DNA of 63,819 nucleotides, filler included, from Lama guanicoe (lineage: Eukaryota): assembly GCA_013239625.1 (NCBI GenBank). It is 192 parts of 192 records of this genome, joined end to end, with 100 filler letters (N's around TTAATTAATTAA, not from the genome) between each part and the next. Parts side by side here need not be neighbours in the genome. Positions count along the whole stretch, not along the records: positions 58,925 to 59,157 come from PNXV01044587.1; positions 59,258 to 59,490 come from PNXV01044588.1; positions 59,591 to 59,823 come from PNXV01044589.1; positions 59,924 to 60,156 come from PNXV01044590.1; positions 60,257 to 60,489 come from PNXV01044591.1; positions 60,590 to 60,822 come from PNXV01044592.1; positions 60,923 to 61,155 come from PNXV01044593.1; positions 61,256 to 61,488 come from PNXV01044594.1; 184 more parts are not named here. One strand, given 5' to 3'. The notes beneath the pieces are model-generated. The model was not told the DNA's origin and did not search any database. It saw only the letters and a list, made by a program, of their open reading frames with translations. Shown piece after piece: positions 58,825 to 63,819 of this stretch. Position 1 is the stretch's first letter, and every line of letters begins with the position of its first letter. Position numbers and translations under genes: made by a program.

Positions 58825-61800
58825 NNNNNNNNNNNNNNNNNNNNNNNNNNNNNNNNNNNNNNNNNNNNTTAATTAATTAANNNNNNNNNNNNNNNNNNNN
58901 NNNNNNNNNNNNNNNNNNNNNNNNTATGTTCTTCCTCCTTCACCTTTGACACTTATGGAGTAATAGAAGGAAACGTCTTTAACAGCAATGACAGATGTAC
59001 AGATAAAGGGAACTAAGACCGAATTATATTTTGATTGACAAGTGTTGGCACAGATGCTAAAAATAAATAGCAGAAATCTATCTTGCAATTAACTCCTATG
59101 ACATTAACATTGTAATTTACAAAAATGTATAATATAAAGAAATAGGCTTTCCCTGTTNNNNNNNNNNNNNNNNNNNNNNNNNNNNNNNNNNNNNNNNNNN
59201 NTTAATTAATTAANNNNNNNNNNNNNNNNNNNNNNNNNNNNNNNNNNNNNNNNNNNNCAAATCCTTAATTTACTCCAGAACAGGAAAAAACAGTCCAGAT
59301 TCAAATCTTCCTGAGAGTGACTGACACCGTATAAAAACATAAGCAAGAGTGCTCTCCTTAATGCAAAAATTCACAAATCAAACAGCTACCTGGAAAAGGC
59401 TTCTCCCTGTCCTGTAGTTGGGTAGCTCTCCCTACACGTGTGGGACCAGAATAGACTCAAGCTCTAAAAACCTCTCAAATTCTGCTGTAANNNNNNNNNN
59501 NNNNNNNNNNNNNNNNNNNNNNNNNNNNNNNNNNTTAATTAATTAANNNNNNNNNNNNNNNNNNNNNNNNNNNNNNNNNNNNNNNNNNNNTCCAGAAGCT
59601 CACATCTCTCCCTGATACCATGTCTGCTGCTCCTCAGACCCAGTTTCCATACCAACCTCTGCAATCTGCTGCTAACCTGGGCCTGACACAGGCTTTGTGA
59701 CTCCACAGACCTGTCTTCTACTGCTGTTCATGTTCCAGGCCCCATGACAGGCCCTGTGGTGTCCTGCTAAGCCCCTCTGCTCTTTCCCTCTGCCTCAGAC
59801 CCCAGGCTCCTTGCTGGAATTTTNNNNNNNNNNNNNNNNNNNNNNNNNNNNNNNNNNNNNNNNNNNNTTAATTAATTAANNNNNNNNNNNNNNNNNNNNN
59901 NNNNNNNNNNNNNNNNNNNNNNNATGGACCAATGGTACAGTGAGGCCGGAAGCGCCTCATTTGACATCCTCAATGATAATTGCATTAATGCCCAGGCTTC
60001 GGAGATTGGTATGGAATCTGATCAGGACCCCTGGTGTGGGAGCTGAGCTCTATTGTTCTACAAGGAAGAAAGCACCCTATAATTTCACTGAAAGCGGAAG
60101 GGCAGCAAAGTGATATTATTTAGAATCTGCTCAAAGTAATAGTCCCTGTGTCAGCTNNNNNNNNNNNNNNNNNNNNNNNNNNNNNNNNNNNNNNNNNNNN
60201 TTAATTAATTAANNNNNNNNNNNNNNNNNNNNNNNNNNNNNNNNNNNNNNNNNNNNCTCATCTTGCTCGTCACCCTAATATTTGTTCCACCTGGATCCCT
60301 GAGGCAAGGGTACTTTTTGACCACAGCGTTGCCCCAGGGCACTGCGGTGGGGGGCTCCCAGCCACACAGGAAGCCTAATGTTTCCCCTATGGCTTCACAT
60401 AACTCATTTTCTCTCTTTGTTTCTCCCACACCATGTCCCTTTTGAACACTTTTCTCTGCCTTTTAAAAAACTAAAGTGTAACGAAAGCANNNNNNNNNNN
60501 NNNNNNNNNNNNNNNNNNNNNNNNNNNNNNNNNTTAATTAATTAANNNNNNNNNNNNNNNNNNNNNNNNNNNNNNNNNNNNNNNNNNNNACTCAGCTTGA
60601 TACTTTTAAGAATCTATTTCCCCCAACTGCCAAAGCAATTCAGGCTCATTTTGATAAATTCAAATATTAAAAAATTATGTGTAGAAAGTAAAATCTCCAC
60701 AAACATCCCTTGTCTGCACCCTGACTATTCAGAGATAATTGTTAGTCCTCTAGAATTTCTTCCATGCAGGTTCTGACATACACACTCATAGGTCCTACTA
60801 CACACAGTTTTTTGTTTTGTTTNNNNNNNNNNNNNNNNNNNNNNNNNNNNNNNNNNNNNNNNNNNNTTAATTAATTAANNNNNNNNNNNNNNNNNNNNNN
60901 NNNNNNNNNNNNNNNNNNNNNNTGGCCGGCCTCTCTGACTGAAAAGCATACAGCACTTTTGCATCAGGTTCCAGCCACGTCTCTGGAGACACTCCAGGGT
61001 ACTCCCGCCCGAAGAGTGACAAGCAGTGGCAGCCCTTTAAGATAAAGCTATCCATACAGGAATATGTTGCTGTCTTGCCACTTAGAAGCATCACTGTAGA
61101 TGGCATGTGGCCTCACTGGGGGTTGATGCATGTGTCTGCGTGCACACGTGTGTAGNNNNNNNNNNNNNNNNNNNNNNNNNNNNNNNNNNNNNNNNNNNNT
61201 TAATTAATTAANNNNNNNNNNNNNNNNNNNNNNNNNNNNNNNNNNNNNNNNNNNNTCCCTTTAAATAACAGCTTCACCTCTCGCACCCTCTCCTTGCGTC
61301 AGGGAGCACTGAAGCAGCCATGGGCGGTTTTGCTGTCTGGTGGCAGAAGTTAAGTTTGAGATACAGAAACTTTGTATTTAGTCGATGTATGGTTAAGACA
61401 TTTTGAATGTACCATAGAGGAACGGTAGGTACTCCTGGGGGTCACTGTGCTGAGTCCCCCATCATCACGTCACAAGGGTTTAGGGCCANNNNNNNNNNNN
61501 NNNNNNNNNNNNNNNNNNNNNNNNNNNNNNNNTTAATTAATTAANNNNNNNNNNNNNNNNNNNNNNNNNNNNNNNNNNNNNNNNNNNNTTTTGGCAAGAA
61601 CCCGGGAGGCGGGCGAGGGGTGGTCAAGGGTCGGGGAGGGGGCGGTGAGGCCAAAGGGAACAGAGAAGCTGGGGCCAAGGGTGGCTAGACAAGCCCGTGA
61701 ACATCCAAACTGTGGCAAACTCACCCTGCACTAGGGAGCCCAAAGCTGCCTAAGGGTGGCAATTGCTATCCGCCCAGGAGGCACGAATACTGGGATTCTT

Positions 61801-62274
61801 CCTACAGTAGACACACAGAGANNNNNNNNNNNNNNNNNNNNNNNNNNNNNNNNNNNNNNNNNNNNTTAATTAATTAANNNNNNNNNNNNNNNNNNNNNNN
61901 NNNNNNNNNNNNNNNNNNNNNGCCGTGTTGTCGCCTTCCCTGTTACACCCACTGTGACCCTAGTGGGGACGATTCTAAGGGAGGCTGGGGGAGAGGGTGA
62001 CAAGGATCTGGCAGGAGTGCAGAAGTGTGGGCTTGGGGGTCCCGAGAGCCACAGCAGGCAGAGGGCTGCCTCTCTGGATGTATCGGCATCATAGAAGGGC
62101 CCCAGGTCCACCTCCTTGCACCCCCAAAGTCCGGTTGAGAGCATGGGAGCAATANNNNNNNNNNNNNNNNNNNNNNNNNNNNNNNNNNNNNNNNNNNNTT
62201 AATTAATTAANNNNNNNNNNNNNNNNNNNNNNNNNNNNNNNNNNNNNNNNNNNNGTTTGTGTCAAAATTTACTT

Positions 62275-62425
62275 ATTTTCTCCCAAATGGCTATCAGCAT
62301 GATAATTTTAGCACAAGCGTTTTTGGAAAAGACTATCCTTTCTCAAATTGCCTTCACACCTTTGTGAAACACAATTAACCGCGTAAGTATGAGTTTCTTC
62401 CTGGATGCTGTGTCTTGTCCCTTTG
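62275..62425 (-). mobile_element. Old LINE-1 ORF2 fragment
   Basis: ttggaaaagactatcctttctc...aattgccttcacacctttgtgaaa. Confidence 0.6.
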
Positions 62426-63599
62426 AACAAGGCTGTGTTTCCTCAGAGTTGGCTATTTTCAGGTAAACTCATTTTCATGGTCTCAGGNNNNNNNNNNNNN
62501 NNNNNNNNNNNNNNNNNNNNNNNNNNNNNNNTTAATTAATTAANNNNNNNNNNNNNNNNNNNNNNNNNNNNNNNNNNNNNNNNNNNNTTTCTAACAGAGA
62601 TGGCTAAGCACGTAATGAGGCTGTTAATTTAGGAAAATAGGAAAGAAACAAATAAAGAGCAAGTCCGATTGCAGGACTGAGGAGAAGAGAGAGAGAGAAT
62701 GTAACAAGAGTAAGAATTTGCACATCCTAGCTCAAATCCAGATGAGGCTTGTGCTCAGCACTTTCTACATCTTTTTTTTATTTTCTGATCTTGTTGACAT
62801 GGCTTGTTCAATAACTCTCANNNNNNNNNNNNNNNNNNNNNNNNNNNNNNNNNNNNNNNNNNNNTTAATTAATTAANNNNNNNNNNNNNNNNNNNNNNNN
62901 NNNNNNNNNNNNNNNNNNNNCTGGATACAAATAAATAAAACAAAATTATTATTTTAAAAATAGCTCACTGCAAAATTTGGAAGGGATAGACAGAAGTATA
63001 TTTAGGCTTGTATTACTCCCTGTGCAAGAAGATAAGTTACAAAAAGAAAAAATAGTTTGCCTATATTTTTTTAATGAGACTCTGGCTATTTTTTTTAGCC
63101 ATAAGCCAGCTAAATGTTAATTTAAAATTATATGATATTTGTTTTTCATGAGTNNNNNNNNNNNNNNNNNNNNNNNNNNNNNNNNNNNNNNNNNNNNTTA
63201 ATTAATTAANNNNNNNNNNNNNNNNNNNNNNNNNNNNNNNNNNNNNNNNNNNNTTTGATTACAAATCTTTTCACCTTTCCATTTTTATGCTGAGGTTTTC
63301 TGGGACAATAGCTGAAGGGGTTTCTTCAGTATACAGCCAGAAGAAGAACAAGGCAGTCAGCTGATTACTTTAAATAACCCAGAATATTCCAGTTTCTTTC
63401 CTAGGAATGCATTCTACTTCCTCAGAGCCCTGTACCCCCAACTTCCCAGGCCATTTAATAATTTCATGGCATCTCTTTTAGAAGATNNNNNNNNNNNNNN
63501 NNNNNNNNNNNNNNNNNNNNNNNNNNNNNNTTAATTAATTAANNNNNNNNNNNNNNNNNNNNNNNNNNNNNNNNNNNNNNNNNNNNCAGTTGTGCTGCG

Positions 63600-63785
63600 A
63601 AATATGCTTTCTGTATAACCTCCTCATTTAATTCTTACAGTAAACCTAAGAGGTAGGCACTAATGTTAATCTGGTTTTTCAGACAGAGAAACTGAGGTTA
63701 AGTCAGTAGTGCGAGGCTGCACAGGGAACAAGTGATAAAGCCAGATCTCTCTGACTCCAAAGCTCAGAAATCTGTGGCTCTTTAA
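63600..63785 (-). mobile_element. MIR fragment
   Basis: ctcatttaattcttacag...gaggtaggcacta...tttcagacagagaaactgagg...tctgactccaaagc. Confidence 0.75.
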
Positions 63786-63819
63786 AACTGTCTCGTATAA
63801 ACTGGACAAGATTATTTGC

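Larger units (their letters stand above)
233..63586. other. Array of 191 synthetic 100-bp contig linkers (44 N + TTAATTAATTAA + 44 N) joining 192 unplaced contigs
   Basis: First linker: N 233-276, TTAATTAATTAA 277-288, N 289-332; the identical unit recurs about every 333 bp to 63586. The 12-mer is palindromic with TAA at offsets 2, 6 and 10, giving stops in all six frames. Arithmetic: 192x233 + 191x100 - 17 bp of short contigs = 63819. Confidence 0.99.

Noticed and set aside
60867..61106. SH3-like start (AKVLYAFQSE) in a minus-strand ORF
   Set aside because: Only about 8 residues of resemblance at the contig edge, with no splice acceptor or further support.
945..62206. Most ORF-track entries (60-94 aa)
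   Set aside because: They reach 60 aa mainly by reading through N runs and stop at the linker. Apart from L1 remnants and the INPP5A exon, none resembles a protein I recognise.
233..63586. Regularly interspaced palindromic repeat with unique spacers (CRISPR-like or cassette-array-like)
   Set aside because: The repeat is a 12-mer embedded in exactly 44+44 Ns, i.e. an in-silico linker. The spacers are mammalian contigs, and no cas or integrase genes are present.

Overview
This window is not a contiguous locus. It is an artificial concatenation of 192 tiny unplaced contigs (228-233 bp, about 44.7 kb of real sequence) joined by 191 identical 100-bp linkers (N44-TTAATTAATTAA-N44; the 12-mer has stops in all six frames). 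The contigs look sorted by length, stepping from 232 to 233 bp at 1989, so neighbours are unrelated and almost all ORF-track entries are artefacts of reading into Ns. The DNA is mammalian, very probably camelid, judging by four Vic-1-like tRNA-derived SINE pieces. It is dominated by L1, L2, MIR, MaLR/ERV LTR and MER/Tigger fragments, plus several short-unit tandem repeats with higher-order structure. The one confidently identifiable coding element is a 53-bp internal exon of INPP5A (58050-58102). Two near-identical contig pairs carry a 49-bp-flank signature of de Bruijn graph bubbles. I find no evidence of a novel multi-part biological system, and none could be inferred from adjacency here. 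All repeat-family and gene identifications are from memory, not database searches.
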